Source: Candidatus Latescibacterota bacterium
GTDB taxonomy: Bacteria; Latescibacterota; UBA2968; GCA-2709665
Reading direction: 5' to 3'
Length of the DNA: 64,000 nt
Assembly (NCBI GenBank): GCA_965219995.1
Contig: CBDCOX010000002.1
Coordinates: 4,928,001-4,992,000, forward strand
Shown here: positions 41,881 through 53,330 of the stretch, piece by piece
Position numbering within the stretch: the stretch's first letter is position 1
Layout: every line of letters starts with the position of its first letter
Translations under genes and position numbers: made by a program
The notes under the pieces: generated by a model
Database searches by the model: none
What the model saw: the letters and a program-made list of their open reading frames with translations, nothing else
Told to the model about the DNA's origin: nothing

Positions 41881-44223
41881 TTGAATTTCTCTGAATTTTC
41901 CAGTCTGGCGTTCCGGAGGCGAACTGGTTTGTTGGGTATCTTAATAGGAATCGTCCTGTTGCTGCTTGACTTTGCGTCTCCCGGGATGGCCGCGGCGCAG
42001 CAGGCGCCCGTCATTACCGAGATCAGGGTCGAGGGCAATCGGATCACCGAAGCATCGCTGATCAGGTTTTCCTCCGGGCTGGCGGAAGGACAGCGCCTCC
42101 TGTTGCCGGACGACCCGCCGCGCGTGATTCGCAATCTCCACCGATTGAATATATTTTCGGATATCCAGGTCTACGCCGACCCGAACGTGGACGAAGGCGT
42201 GGCCGTTGTGATCGTCGTGAAAGAACATCCCAAGCTGGAAGACGTCAGTTTCGAAGGCAACAAGGGAATCAAATCCAAGAAACTGAAGAAGACGCTCGCC
42301 TTCATTGAGAAACAGTGGCTGTCGCCGCATGAGGTCAGACGCGCGGAAAACAAGATCGTCGACCTTTACAAGGAAGAGGGATACCTCCTTGCCCGGGTCG
42401 AGGGGAAGCAGGGCGACCTGAATGAAGAAGGCCAGGTGCTGCTCACGTTCACCGTGAACGAAGGGCGCAAGGTGAAGCTGCGCCGCATTCAGTTCTTCGG
42501 CAATCAGGCGTTCGAAGGCAAGAAACTCCGCAAGGCGATGAAGGAGACCAAACAGGTCGGGGGAATTCTGCGCCGGAACAAGTTCGCGGAAGACACCTAC
42601 CAGGAAGACAAGCAGGCGCTGCTGGCGTTCTACCAGTCGAACGGATATCGTAACGCGGAGATTCTGCGCGACAGCCTGTATTACGACGACGCGAAGGCGA
42701 ATCTCTTTATCGACCTTTATCTGGATGAGGGACCCCTGCACCGGTTCGGGGAGATTACCTGGGACGGCAACGAACGCGTCAGGGACGCGGGCATCGACAG
42801 GATGATCGTCGCAAAGGCGGGGAACGTCTACAGTTCCGAGCTCAAGGACAAATCCCAGGAGGAAATACAGAATCTGTACAGCGATATCGGTTATATCACG
42901 GCTTCGGTCGCGGTCCAGGAAAGACAGGCGGAGGCGCCGCACACGATCAACGTGCACTTCGACATTGTGGAAAACAAGCCGTGGAAGATCCGGCAGATTA
43001 CCATTTCGGGAAATACGAAGACAAAAGACAGGGTGATCCGCAGGGAGCTCTGGTTGCGCCCGGGCCAGACCTTTCGAAGGTCCGGCATTGAGCGGAGCAT
43101 GAGGAATATTCAACAGCTGAACTATTTCAGCAACGTGGCGCCGGAACTGAAACCCGTTGAGGAGTCATCCGAGCTGGATGTCATTTTCGCTGTGGAGGAG
43201 AAATCCACGGGCACGGCGTCCGTAGGCGCGGGCTACAGCCAGTACGACGGCCTGCTGGGAACCGTCGCGCTGCAGGTCCCGAATTTTATGGGCAACGGGC
43301 AGCAGCTGGAATTTCAGCTGGAGTTCGGAGACAGGCGGCAGTCGTTCCGGGCCGGGTTCACGGAGCCGTGGCTGATGAACACGCCGACCAGCCTTCAGGG
43401 TCTGATCTTCAGAACCACGCGGCGGTTTTACAGTGGCTTCGACGAACGCCGGCAGGGCGCCGTTACCAATATCGGACGCCGTCTGGCCTGGCCCGATTTC
43501 TCACGGGTTTCCATCGGGTACCGGATCCAGCAGGTTGAATTCCGGAATTTCGCCGAAGATTTCGACCAGAGCGCCGAATCATCCTTCCGCGACAACGTCA
43601 CAAGCAGCGTGAACCTGAACTTCACGCGCAACAGCCGGGACCTGCCGGTTTTCCCCACCAGCGGTTCCGTATTTTCCTACTCGCCGACGTTTGCCGGCGG
43701 TCCGCTGGGCGGCAATACGGATTTTCTGAAACACGATTTCATCACCAGCTTCTATTTCCCCGTGGCCTGGCGTGTCGCGCTGGGCCTGAAAACGACCCTC
43801 GGTCTCGTGAGGCCGTACAACAATTCCGACGTGCCGTTCAATGAACGTTTCACGCCGGGGGGCGTGAACATCTTCGAGGGTACCATGGTGCGCGGGTATC
43901 CCGAGCAATCGCTGGGTCCGCGCGTTAGCGGCGTTCCGGACGGAGGGAACTCTCAACTGCTCTTCAACCTTGAACTCACCCTGCCCATCGTGAAACAGCA
44001 GTTCTACGCCCTCGCGTTCGCGGACGCGGGCAATGCGTGGGACAGCATCTCGGAAGCGAGTATCTTCGATCTGAGGCGGTCGATGGGCGTCGGATTTCGA
44101 ATGATTGCCCCTGTTGTCGGTATTATGGGATTCGACTTCGCCTGGGGTTTTGACAGGCGGCGCGTAGACGGCCAGAAGCCACAGATGGTAACCCATTTCC
44201 AGTTCGGTCCGCAGTTTTTCTAA
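41881..44223 (+). CDS. bamA: Outer-membrane protein assembly factor BamA
   Basis: POTRA repeats (GNTKTKDRVIRREL), VEEKSTG, VRGY motif, C-terminal Phe. Confidence 0.95.
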   Translation: MNFSEFSSLAFRRRTGLLGILIGIVLLLLDFASPGMAAAQQAPVITEIRVEGNRITEASLIRFSSGLAEGQRLLLPDDPPRVIRNLHRLNIFSDIQVYADPNVDEGVAVVIVVKEHPKLEDVSFEGNKGIKSKKLKKTLAFIEKQWLSPHEVRRAENKIVDLYKEEGYLLARVEGKQGDLNEEGQVLLTFTVNEGRKVKLRRIQFFGNQAFEGKKLRKAMKETKQVGGILRRNKFAEDTYQEDKQALLAFYQSNGYRNAEILRDSLYYDDAKANLFIDLYLDEGPLHRFGEITWDGNERVRDAGIDRMIVAKAGNVYSSELKDKSQEEIQNLYSDIGYITASVAVQERQAEAPHTINVHFDIVENKPWKIRQITISGNTKTKDRVIRRELWLRPGQTFRRSGIERSMRNIQQLNYFSNVAPELKPVEESSELDVIFAVEEKSTGTASVGAGYSQYDGLLGTVALQVPNFMGNGQQLEFQLEFGDRRQSFRAGFTEPWLMNTPTSLQGLIFRTTRRFYSGFDERRQGAVTNIGRRLAWPDFSRVSIGYRIQQVEFRNFAEDFDQSAESSFRDNVTSSVNLNFTRNSRDLPVFPTSGSVFSYSPTFAGGPLGGNTDFLKHDFITSFYFPVAWRVALGLKTTLGLVRPYNNSDVPFNERFTPGGVNIFEGTMVRGYPEQSLGPRVSGVPDGGNSQLLFNLELTLPIVKQQFYALAFADAGNAWDSISEASIFDLRRSMGVGFRMIAPVVGIMGFDFAWGFDRRRVDGQKPQMVTHFQFGPQFF

Positions 44224-44255
44224 GACAGCTTTCAAACGCAGGAGGGAGATTCAAT

Positions 44256-44828
44256 ATGGACTTCAGACACCGCTTCCTGGTTTCCTTATGCGGCCTGATG
44301 GCCTGTCTGGTCGTGGCGTCCGCGGCCTGGGCACAGGCGAAGATCGGTTATTTCGATCCGAACGAGATTCGGACGAAATACAAGCCGTTCCAGGAGGCCG
44401 AAAGAGAATACAACCAGTATGAAGGGGAACTGCAGAAGGAACTCAAAAAGCTCGAGAGCGCATTGAGAAAGAAGCAGACCACCTTTGAACGCCAGAAGGT
44501 GATGTACATGGAGAACCGACGGCGGGAAGAGGAGCAGGCGCTGAAGCGACAGGAGGAGGAATTGCAGCGGTTTCTTGCCCAGATTACCGATCCCGAGCGG
44601 GGTAAGCTGGCGCTGAAGCAGCAGGAATTGCTTGCGCCGTTGCTGAAACGCGTCAACGAGGTGATTTCCCGGGTGTCCAAGGAAAACGGTTACGATTTTG
44701 TGCTGAATGCGGCTTCCGTGGTTTATTTCAACGAAGACTACGATCTGACGGAGAAGGTACTGGACGAGTTGAATAAAGACCTGGAGGAAGGCGACGAGCA
44801 GAGACAGGGTCCGGGTCCGATCCGATAG
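44256..44828 (+). CDS. skp: OmpH/Skp periplasmic chaperone
   Basis: Signal peptide, KIGYFD, coiled coil, GYDFVL...DLTEKVL; follows bamA. Confidence 0.9.
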   Translation: MDFRHRFLVSLCGLMACLVVASAAWAQAKIGYFDPNEIRTKYKPFQEAEREYNQYEGELQKELKKLESALRKKQTTFERQKVMYMENRRREEEQALKRQEEELQRFLAQITDPERGKLALKQQELLAPLLKRVNEVISRVSKENGYDFVLNAASVVYFNEDYDLTEKVLDELNKDLEEGDEQRQGPGPIR

Positions 44829-44872
44829 GTTCCGGTTTGTCCGGAGGCAGGAAGAAGAGAGGAGAACCGGCT

Positions 44873-45304
44873 GTGCTGGACCTCGAAGCGATACAAAGAA
44901 TCCTGCCGCATCGGTACCCGTTTCTTCTGGTGGACCGGATCCTGGAGCTGGAACCGGACCGCAGGGTGGTGGGGCTGAAGAACGTGACCGCCAACGAGCC
45001 GTTCTTCGCCGGCCATTTCCCGGGGCGGCCCGTGATGCCGGGCGTGTTGATTGTGGAAGCGCTCGCTCAGACCGCCGGCGTATTGATGGGAGAAGCGTCC
45101 GGCCTGATACCGATGTTCATGGGCATCGACAAGGCCCGGTTCAGACGTCCGGTGACGCCGGGCGATCAGTTGCGGCTCGAGGTGGAGGTGTTGCGGAAAC
45201 GGCGTAGCGTGTGCCGCGTGGCCGGCAGGGCGTTCGTGGGTGAGGATCTGGTCGCGGAAGCGGAGATGATGGCCGCGCTCGTCGCGCCGGAAGATATCGG
45301 GTGA
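44873..45304 (+). CDS. fabZ: 3-hydroxyacyl-ACP dehydratase
   Basis: [36 protein letters not shown]. Confidence 0.96.
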   Translation: MLDLEAIQRILPHRYPFLLVDRILELEPDRRVVGLKNVTANEPFFAGHFPGRPVMPGVLIVEALAQTAGVLMGEASGLIPMFMGIDKARFRRPVTPGDQLRLEVEVLRKRRSVCRVAGRAFVGEDLVAEAEMMAALVAPEDIG

Positions 45305-45404
45305 CGCTGGGTGGAACGGAACAACAGGTTGAGGCTGAAGTCGTTTTCATCGGCGGTCCGGCACGGGCCGCCGAATTCTTGTACCCCGGCCTCACACACC
45401 CCCG

Positions 45405-45690
45405 GGTAAGACGGTAGACGTTAGACGGGAGAGGACATCAGTGCCCTAAAGGCGGTGAGACGTTAGACGTAAGACGGGAGAGGATGTGAATGCCTGTCCG
45501 GTATCGTCTCTTGCCGGAGGCATAGAGGCAGAACCAATCGGGCATGGATGTCATCTACCGTCTCCCCTCTACCCTCTCACCGGTTCTATTGCCCCGTGCG
45601 GTATCAATTCTTGCCGGAGGCATAACGGACGAGCCAATCGGGCAAGGATATCATCTCCCGTCTCCCGTCTTACGTCTCACCGGTTTTCTA
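45405..45690. repeat. Family D composite element with two tandem cores
   Basis: GAGACGTTAGACG arrays, then two CTTGCCGGAGGCATA...CCAATCGGGCA cores each followed by CCGTCTC arrays. Confidence 0.8.
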
Positions 45691-46470
45691 CTATTGCGCC
45701 AGAATCTGACTGAGAAACAGCTTCGTCCGGTCGTTTTTTGGATTCTCGAAAAATTCGTCCGGACTGTTCTCTTCGACAATTCGCCCTTCGTCCATGAAAA
45801 TGACGCGATTGGCGACGGTTTTTGCAAATCCCATTTCGTGCGTGACCACCAGCATCGTCATGCCGCTTTGTGCGAGCTCAATCATCACGTCGAGTACTTC
45901 TTTGATCATCTCCGGGTCCAGTGCCGAAGTCGGTTCGTCGAATAACATGATTTTCGGGTTCATGCACAAGCTGCGAGCGATTGCGACGCGTTGCTGTTGA
46001 CCGCCCGACAGCTGACCGGGGTACTTCGACGCCTGTTCCGGAATTCGTACCCTCTCCAGATACCGCATCGCGGTTTCTTCAGCCTCCTGCCTGGGCAACT
46101 TTCTCGCCCAGATTGGCGCCAGTGTGCAGTTTTGCAGGACGGTCAGATGTGGAAACAGATTGAACTGCTGAAACACCATGCCGACCTCCCGCCGGATTTC
46201 CGCGATATTCTTCAGATTGTCGGTCAGCGATATTCCATCAACCGTGATGTTCCCGCGTTGATGTTCCTCCAGGTGGTTGATACAGCGAATCAGCGTTGAT
46301 TTGCCGGAGCCGGAGGGACCGCAGATAACGATTCTTTCTCCGCGTTCGACGGTGAGATTGATGTCTTTCAGGACCTGGAACCTGCCGAACCACTTGTGCA
46401 TGTCTGTAATTTCGATCGCGATCCGGTCGTCGCGTTCGCTGACGGCTGTGTCTTTGGCGTCAATAGTCAT
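45691..46470 (-). CDS. aapP: General L-amino-acid ABC transporter ATP-binding protein (AapP/BztD type)
   Basis: [34 protein letters not shown]. Confidence 0.9.
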   Translation of the reverse strand: MTIDAKDTAVSERDDRIAIEITDMHKWFGRFQVLKDINLTVERGERIVICGPSGSGKSTLIRCINHLEEHQRGNITVDGISLTDNLKNIAEIRREVGMVFQQFNLFPHLTVLQNCTLAPIWARKLPRQEAEETAMRYLERVRIPEQASKYPGQLSGGQQQRVAIARSLCMNPKIMLFDEPTSALDPEMIKEVLDVMIELAQSGMTMLVVTHEMGFAKTVANRVIFMDEGRIVEENSPDEFFENPKNDRTKLFLSQILAQ

Positions 46471-46481
46471 TTGAGGATCCT

Positions 46482-47600
46482 CTAATCGTCCTTGTGTCCG
46501 GTATCCAGTTTGCGTTCGAGGTAGAGCGAATACCGCGACATGGCAAAACATGAGATGAAGAAACCCAGCGCAACGAATATGTACAGTTCAGTCGACAATC
46601 CCTGCCATTTTGAGTCGGCGAGCGCTGCGCGGCCGATTCCGAGAGGATCGAGGAGGCCGACGACGATGACCAGGGTCGTATCCTTATACAGTCCGATAAA
46701 GGTGTTCATGATTCCCGGTATGGAGATTTTCAGTGCTTGAGGCAATATGATCAACCGGATGCCTTTCGCATAGCTCAGACCCAGCGCATCGGCTGCTTCG
46801 AACTGCCCCTGCGGAATTGCCGCCAGGCCGCCTCGAACGACTTCGGCGAGGTATGCAGACGAAAATATGATCACGATAATGATGACGCGAAGCAACAGAT
46901 CGAAGTATGTGCCGGGCGGCATGAAGTAATTCAAAAGCGTTGAAGCGACGAACAGCAATGAGATCAGCGGAACCCCGCGGATAAATTCGATGTACCAGAT
47001 GCTGAGCGTTCTGACGACCGGCATTGACGAGTGACGTCCCAGCGAAAGTGCAACGCCAAGTGGAAGGGAAACGACAATTCCTGTGACGCCGATCAGCACT
47101 GTCAGCAGGAAACCGCCGAATTTGGATGACTCGACCTGCTCCAGTCCAAACCATCCTCCCCACAGCATAAAGAACGCGAAGAAGGGATAGATTAACGTAA
47201 ACCGGAGCAGAACCCTGCGCCCCTTGACGCGGTCATACAGTAGCGGGATCAGGGCGACGAAAAGCAACACGAACGTCAGATTGACTCGCCAGCGCAAATG
47301 AACCGGATAGAATCCGTACATAAACTGATCGAATCGTTTCCACACAACCGCCCAGCAGGCGCCCCCTGCGATTTCCCGGCATTCTCTTCGGTGTTCGACG
47401 TCCGCAAATACCGCGTCGAAGAACATCCAATTGGCAATGGGCGGGATAATTTCGTACAGCAGGTAGACGGACAGCACTGTCAGGACGATATCGGTCGGGC
47501 TTGAGAGTAGATTTCCTCGAATCCAGCCGACGACACCAACCTGGGTCCTCGGTGGCGGTAATTCTCGATGCATATCCTGCTCGGGTGAACGCTGCGTCAT
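46482..47600 (-). CDS. aapM: Amino-acid ABC transporter permease (AapM/BztC type)
   Basis: [35 protein letters not shown]. Confidence 0.88.
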   Translation of the reverse strand: MTQRSPEQDMHRELPPPRTQVGVVGWIRGNLLSSPTDIVLTVLSVYLLYEIIPPIANWMFFDAVFADVEHRRECREIAGGACWAVVWKRFDQFMYGFYPVHLRWRVNLTFVLLFVALIPLLYDRVKGRRVLLRFTLIYPFFAFFMLWGGWFGLEQVESSKFGGFLLTVLIGVTGIVVSLPLGVALSLGRHSSMPVVRTLSIWYIEFIRGVPLISLLFVASTLLNYFMPPGTYFDLLLRVIIIVIIFSSAYLAEVVRGGLAAIPQGQFEAADALGLSYAKGIRLIILPQALKISIPGIMNTFIGLYKDTTLVIVVGLLDPLGIGRAALADSKWQGLSTELYIFVALGFFISCFAMSRYSLYLERKLDTGHKDD

Positions 47601-47604
47601 CGGT

Positions 47605-48762
47605 TCATCGCTCCACCAGTGCGATTTTCCTGTTGTACCAGTTCATAAACGCGGATATCGATAGTGAGATGGTAAGATAGATAGCCAGAACAATGGACAT
47701 GCATTCCAATGCACGGCCCGTCTGATTCAGCGAAATACCACCGATCGTCGCCACGATATCCATGTATCCGACCGCGATGGCAAGAGATGAATTCTTGGTT
47801 AAATTGAGATACTGGCTGATCAGAGGCGGGACGATAATCCGCAGCGCTTGCGGCAATATGATCAGCCGCATGGTGAAATTCGGTTTGATGCCCAGCGCGT
47901 AAGCGGCTTCGGTCTGGCCGTGACTGACGGCCAGGATTCCCGATCTGACGATTTCAGCGATGAAAGCCCCGGTATAAACCCCGAGCGCAAGTGTTAACGC
48001 GAGAAACTCCGGACTCAGGACCAACCCGCCTTCAAAGTTGAACCTTTTAAACACAGGGAATTCGAATTCAACCGGAAACCCGAGAAGCCAGAACGCCAGC
48101 AGCGGAAGCGCGATGATCGATGAGACGTTCGTCCAGTACACGGGAACCTGTTGTCCGGTCAGTTCCTGCTTTTGCTTTGCGAACAGGTAAAAGTAACAGG
48201 CGCCGGCAACAGCAACGATCAGCGCCGCAATGACACCCCAGAATGCAGGTTCGAAGATTGGTTTCGGCGAATAGACGCCGCGGTTTGACAGAAAGAACAT
48301 ATCGTACGCCGACAGGGCCTGCCTTGGGTGGGGCAGGTTGTGAACAATTACCCCATGACACAATAGTATCCACAGCAGAACCGGAACATTACGGCTGAAT
48401 TCAACAAAACCGTATGAAATCCTGTTGACCAGAAAGTTCGAGGACAGGCGCGCGACACCCGCGGTAAATCCAATAAAGGTTGCGAGTACGATACCAAAAA
48501 AAGCGACCAATGCCGTATTGATGACACCGACAATGGTCGCTCGGAGATGTGTGCTGCGCGAGTCGTATTCGATCAGATGTTGATTGATGTCGTAGTTGGA
48601 CGGCGTAAACAGAAATGCGTAATTGACGTCTCTGCCAATCAGTTCGAGATTGTTGAGCGCGTTTCGAGCGAAGAAACCGAGCAGCGACAGTACGGCGATG
48701 ATCGCAGTGATCTGAATGATCAGTTGCCGGGACTTTTTTTCACGCCAGAGATTTCGCAGCAT
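47605..48762 (-). CDS. aapQ: Amino-acid ABC transporter permease (AapQ/BztB type)
   Basis: FIAEIVRSGILAVSHGQTEAA, YLNLTKNSSLA, MNWYNRK. Confidence 0.88.
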   Translation of the reverse strand: MLRNLWREKKSRQLIIQITAIIAVLSLLGFFARNALNNLELIGRDVNYAFLFTPSNYDINQHLIEYDSRSTHLRATIVGVINTALVAFFGIVLATFIGFTAGVARLSSNFLVNRISYGFVEFSRNVPVLLWILLCHGVIVHNLPHPRQALSAYDMFFLSNRGVYSPKPIFEPAFWGVIAALIVAVAGACYFYLFAKQKQELTGQQVPVYWTNVSSIIALPLLAFWLLGFPVEFEFPVFKRFNFEGGLVLSPEFLALTLALGVYTGAFIAEIVRSGILAVSHGQTEAAYALGIKPNFTMRLIILPQALRIIVPPLISQYLNLTKNSSLAIAVGYMDIVATIGGISLNQTGRALECMSIVLAIYLTISLSISAFMNWYNRKIALVER

Positions 48763-48856
48763 AACTCACACGGAAAACCCGTCGTTGAATTGTCTCAGTC
48801 GGGGCTCGAACTATGATGGCGCTTGCAGATTGCATGCGCCATCTTCTTCCTTTAAC

Positions 48857-49882
48857 TTATCGGTACGGAGGGGCGTACAGCAAGCCGCCATCGGTCCACA
48901 GAGCATTCACGCCTCGTTCAAGTCCAATGTCGGTTTTCACGCCGAGGTATCGTTCGAATACCTGGCCGTAGTTGCCAACCGAAGAAATGACGTTGACAAC
49001 CCAGTCGGCGCTCAGTCCGAGCATGGCGCCGTATTCGCCTTCGGTACCGAGCATTCTGTTGATTTCCGCGTCTTTGCTCGATTGACCGGCCATTTCAGCG
49101 ACATTTTCTGAACTGATCCCCTTTTCTTCGGCGATGATCATAACGTTCAGTACCCAGCGAACCACGTCACCCCATTCATCATCGCCGTGTCGAACGAGTG
49201 GCCCCAGGGGTTCTTTGGATACGATTTCCGGCAGAACGACATGGTCATCCGGATTGTCCAGGGCTGCGCGCGTTGCGGCAAGTCCCGAGCGGTCCGTCGT
49301 ATAGACGTCGCATCGTCCGCTCAGGTAATTCTGACGTGCTTCTTCATTCGATTCGATTGGAACAGGCTCGTATTTCATATCGTTGCGACGGAAATAGTCG
49401 GCCAGGTTCAGTTCCGTCGTCGTTCCGGTCTGGATACACACCGACGCACCATTAAGTTCGGTTGCGCTGGAGACGCCTAACGATGCAGGAACCATGAACC
49501 CCTGTCCGTCGTAGAAACTCACGCCCAGAAAGGTCAGTTTGAGATCGACGTCCCGACTGTACGTCCACGTGGTGTTTCTGGAAAGGATGTCGATTTCACC
49601 GGCTTTGAGCGCCTCAAAGCGGGTCTTTCCAGTCAGGTTGGTGTATTTGACCTTTGATGCGTCGCCAAATACCGCTGCCGCAACACCTTTACAAAGCGCG
49701 ACGTCAAATCCTCTCCAGTTCCCCTGATCGTCTGTAAAGGCAAAGCCCGCCAACCCTGTATTGATACCGCATTGAAGGTGTCCTCTTGCCCGTACGTCAT
49801 CAAGCGTACCTGAATGACCGGGCCCGGTGATTGCAAACCCGGCCACCGCAAGGATAAGCGAACGAATGGTCATCCGTTTCAT
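48857..49882 (-). CDS. aapJ: Amino-acid ABC transporter substrate-binding protein (AapJ/BztA type)
   Basis: TLDDVRARGHLQCG, RNTTWT, GTTTELNLADYF, SKEPLGP, VGNYG, YAPPYR. Confidence 0.92.
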   Translation of the reverse strand: MKRMTIRSLILAVAGFAITGPGHSGTLDDVRARGHLQCGINTGLAGFAFTDDQGNWRGFDVALCKGVAAAVFGDASKVKYTNLTGKTRFEALKAGEIDILSRNTTWTYSRDVDLKLTFLGVSFYDGQGFMVPASLGVSSATELNGASVCIQTGTTTELNLADYFRRNDMKYEPVPIESNEEARQNYLSGRCDVYTTDRSGLAATRAALDNPDDHVVLPEIVSKEPLGPLVRHGDDEWGDVVRWVLNVMIIAEEKGISSENVAEMAGQSSKDAEINRMLGTEGEYGAMLGLSADWVVNVISSVGNYGQVFERYLGVKTDIGLERGVNALWTDGGLLYAPPYR

Positions 49883-50029
49883 CGATGATCTCCTTGTTGA
49901 AGGTTGACTTGCACAAAACCGCGGAAGAATACGCCCTTAACGGGCTGTTAAGATACGAAGGCCGGTCGTGTTTCCCAAGTCGAAAAACAGCGATCAGCTT
50001 TCAGGCAAACCTCCCCCGACCCCTCGCCC

Positions 50030-50370
50030 CTTGGGTAGACGTAAGAGGGTAGACGGTAGAGGACCTCCGCGCTTCTGTGGAAACTGGTACGGCCTTCCGA
50101 AATCTACCAGCGAGTTGCGCGGACCTCCCCAGGCCCCCACCCTAAGGCGGTGAGACGGGAGACGGAAGAGGGGAGAGGAAATGAGTGCCTGAAGAACGGG
50201 TAGACGTGAGACGTGAGAGATTGTCTGCCCTGTGCGGTTTCATATCTTGCCAGAGGCAAAAAGGAACAACCAATCGGGCAAAGGCATCTTCTACCGTCTT
50301 GCGTCTCACGTCTCACCGCTTTCATCAACCGTCTCACGTCTACCCTCTCACCGCGGTTAGGCGACCTTTA
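50030..50370. repeat. Family D composite element
   Basis: TAGACGT/GAGACGG arrays, core TGCGGTTTCATATCTTGCCAGAGGCAAAAAGGAACAACCAATCGGGCA, then CGTCTCA arrays. Confidence 0.8.
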
Positions 50371-50397
50371 AAGCCTCCCATATCCTACGGAGTTCCC

Positions 50398-51762
50398 ATG
50401 AAACGCGAACACATTTTCGCCCACTACGAACAGGACGCGACGCGGTACTGGAAGCTGAAGGAGGGCGGGTACGCCACTCCCATGAGCGTGTTTCAGGGAG
50501 AGGAAGTCACCTTTCACATCTCGAACTCCAGATCGTACTACGACGTGTTCGTGTACCACGAAGGCGCGCGGCGGCGGCTCGTCAAGGAGATTACCAACCT
50601 GCGCGGCCGGCTTCCTCCGATCCCGGAATTCGGGTATCGCGACGGATTCGACTGGGCCGCCACGGTGACGTTCCGCGTCCCGCACGACTGGAAGAGCGGG
50701 GTCTATATTGCCAGTTTTCCCACCGCCCAGGGAGTCCGCGAAATCCTGTTCGTGGTTCGTCCTCGCGTTCCCTCAGCCCCCATGCTTCTGACCATCGAGA
50801 CCAATACCTATGCCGCGTACAACCCGGTGGGCGGCAAGAGCCTCTTCCACTACCTTTCCACCGACCGAACCCACAGCGACCTGGTGACGTTCGAGCGTCC
50901 GCTGCAGCCTGATATCATGGGCGGATTCTACGCCTGGGACCAGTTCATCACCTCCTGGCTGGACGCCGAGGGGTATTCCGTGGACTATTGTATCAACGCG
51001 GACCACGACCGTGAACCGGACCTTCTCGACAACTATGCGGCACACCTGAGGATCGGACACGGCGAGTATACCAGCCGGGAGGAGTGCGAGCAGCTTCAGC
51101 GGTTCGTGGCCCGCGGCGGGAACCTGATCGTGCTGGCGGGTAACTCGTTTTCGCACCTTGTGGAGACAAGGGGCAACGGGCGCCAGCTCTATTGCGCCAA
51201 GACCCGGTATAAAAAACACCCGCTGGGCACACCTGATGACCCGCATACATCTCTGCTCCGCGGGATCGACAACCTTCGGCAGCGTACCATCGGGGTTTCC
51301 TATTCGGCCGCCGTCCACGCGAAGACCCGGACGCCCGGGGTGTTTATCGCGCCCACAAGCGGGGAGTACGGATTCTTCCGCGTGAGCCGGCCCGACCACT
51401 GGGCGTTCGAGGGGACCGGTTTGAAGCAGGGTGACGAGTTCGGGCGCGAGGACTCGATCGTCGGCGTGGAATGCGACGGCGGCGACGTCGAGTTCAGGGA
51501 AGGAAAGCCAACTTTCACCGGCATCGACGGGATCAGCCCGCACTATCGAATCATCGCCATCGGAGACGCCGAAGACCACGGATTCAACGCGGACCTGGGC
51601 ATCCACTACGACCGGTTCTACGCGACCATCGCCGTCAACGAGACCGAGTTCAGGGGGACCGTCTTCACGGCGGCAACCATGGAGTGGTCGCACGGCCTCT
51701 ACCGGGACGACGGCCCCGTCGCGCGGATCACGCGTAATGTTCTGGATCGGCTGGGAGGGTAG
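50398..51762 (+). CDS. N,N-dimethylformamidase beta-subunit family (DUF6605-like) protein
   Basis: WKSGVY, TYAAYNPVGGKSL, VTFERP, WLDAEGY, GHGEY, HWAFEGTGL, VGVECD, ITRNVL. Confidence 0.8.
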   Translation: MKREHIFAHYEQDATRYWKLKEGGYATPMSVFQGEEVTFHISNSRSYYDVFVYHEGARRRLVKEITNLRGRLPPIPEFGYRDGFDWAATVTFRVPHDWKSGVYIASFPTAQGVREILFVVRPRVPSAPMLLTIETNTYAAYNPVGGKSLFHYLSTDRTHSDLVTFERPLQPDIMGGFYAWDQFITSWLDAEGYSVDYCINADHDREPDLLDNYAAHLRIGHGEYTSREECEQLQRFVARGGNLIVLAGNSFSHLVETRGNGRQLYCAKTRYKKHPLGTPDDPHTSLLRGIDNLRQRTIGVSYSAAVHAKTRTPGVFIAPTSGEYGFFRVSRPDHWAFEGTGLKQGDEFGREDSIVGVECDGGDVEFREGKPTFTGIDGISPHYRIIAIGDAEDHGFNADLGIHYDRFYATIAVNETEFRGTVFTAATMEWSHGLYRDDGPVARITRNVLDRLGG

Positions 51763-52002
51763 GCGAGGTCAGCGAGGCGCGGTAGTTCATACCTTATGCC
51801 ACTCCCGTCCGAAAACGGGTTGATTCACTACGAATAACGCGAATTTGCGCGAATTCACCCCAGCCCAAATTCGCCATTTCCAGGTGGCTCCATTACGCCG
51901 ATCATGGGCGGCGCCTTTACACCGATCATTGACATAACAACAAGCCCAGGACTCATTTGCGCCCTGGGTGTTATTGGAGCAGTAATTTCAACGGCCCAGA
52001 GA

Positions 52003-52750
52003 TCAGTTGGTCAATAAGTGATTTAAAGATTCTCGCGCCAATTTCACACTGTGTGCGTCGAAGCCTCGCTGCATAGAGCGATCTATGTTAATCACGCCTT
52101 CTAGAAAAGCGGTCGTTTCAGGGTGTGGAAAATAACGTAATGCCCGCATAGCGTGATTCTTGTACCGTTTGCCCCTGGTGGCGCTCATCAACAGCCTTCG
52201 CACTTTCGCTTGCTTTGCTGGATCATTTCTTAGAAAGCCATTCTCGTCTTCCATCATATATCGGAGAGTCACAATAGCGTAACTCTTATCATTCTCTAAT
52301 GCTTCAATGATTGGCTCAAACGCAGGCTCTCCAATATTCGCTAATCCCCGTGTAGCGATCCCTCCAAAATAGTTGATTTGAAATGGAATAAATCGCGGGT
52401 CGTTTTGCCAGGAAATCAACTCGTACAATTGGGCGTTTATTTCCCCACAATCACCCTCGGCAATTTCAGGAATGATGATAGGTTCACCAGTTTCTATTGC
52501 CCTTACCATCTCATCATATCGGTGGGCCATTTTTGACAAGATCTGTTTATATGGCTCCGGCCAGGGATTCCTCTCTAAACGATACATCTCTAGCACCAAT
52601 ACATAACATGTTGTGCAGAGACATATTCTGGCTAATTCTCGTCCAACGCTCCAAACGGTCAGGACTACGCCAAGCACGGATATTAACTTCCTCATCAGCC
52701 CAGGTGGGGGTGGCGAAACTGACCAAGAACACGATATAAAGCAGCTTCAT
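52003..52750 (-). pseudogene. Frameshifted gene for an exported helical (HEAT-like) protein
   Basis: Signal-peptide ORF MKLLYIVFLVSFATPTWA (52750, AAGGA RBS) ends early; the protein-like sequence continues in another frame (LEMYRLERNPW...GLANIGEPAFEPIIEAL...RALRYF); shift near 52600-52640. Confidence 0.55.
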
Positions 52751-53275
52751 TGTGTATCCTTACTAATGATTACGCGAATCCACATATCCAGCGTAATGCG
52801 GTCACTCCATTTCGTTTAGTCGGCCCTGTTTTCATCTTTTTCTATCCCTCAGGAAGTCGTCTGCGAAAATTTTCGCATCGGGTTTTTCGACAACCTCCTC
52901 TACGTCTCTGCCACCGTCCACAAACGTCTCTTCGTCATTGGCGTCGTCCTTGCGTTGCACGACGTCCTGGATCATCTTGAGTGCGATTTTGTATTGCATT
53001 ACCTGTCTCCACAATAAATAAATAAAACTCACCTTTTGTCAACTATGACAACGCGTCCATGACGTTCACGTTTTCGCGGCGATTGCACACAGCAGTTTCG
53101 ACCATGAGCAAGATGTCGTTGACGCCGGTCCTGCCATCAGGCCCGAGCATCAGAGTACAAAGTTTGGGTGCTCCACACTTACCAGTCTTGCATTCTGGCA
53201 AGCATCAAGCACCCAATAACCAGAGGACCCGCATCTAATCTTGCGAAATCGATATGTCCAAAGACGGCGGATGAC

Positions 53276-53301
53276 AAAGCAGTCAGAATCGCGACTGCTT
53301 T
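53276..53301 (-). terminator. Probable intrinsic terminator closing the peptide export operon
   Basis: AAAGCAGTC-8 nt-GACTGCTTT hairpin about 30 nt downstream of the 53331 stop. Confidence 0.55.
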
Positions 53302-53330
53302 CGCGGCTTCACTTGAGCTGTAAGTGTAGC

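Noticed and set aside
50185-50397. N-terminal extension of the DMF-amidase-like ORF
   Set aside because: It reads through a family D repeat; an ATG with GGAG RBS is at 50398
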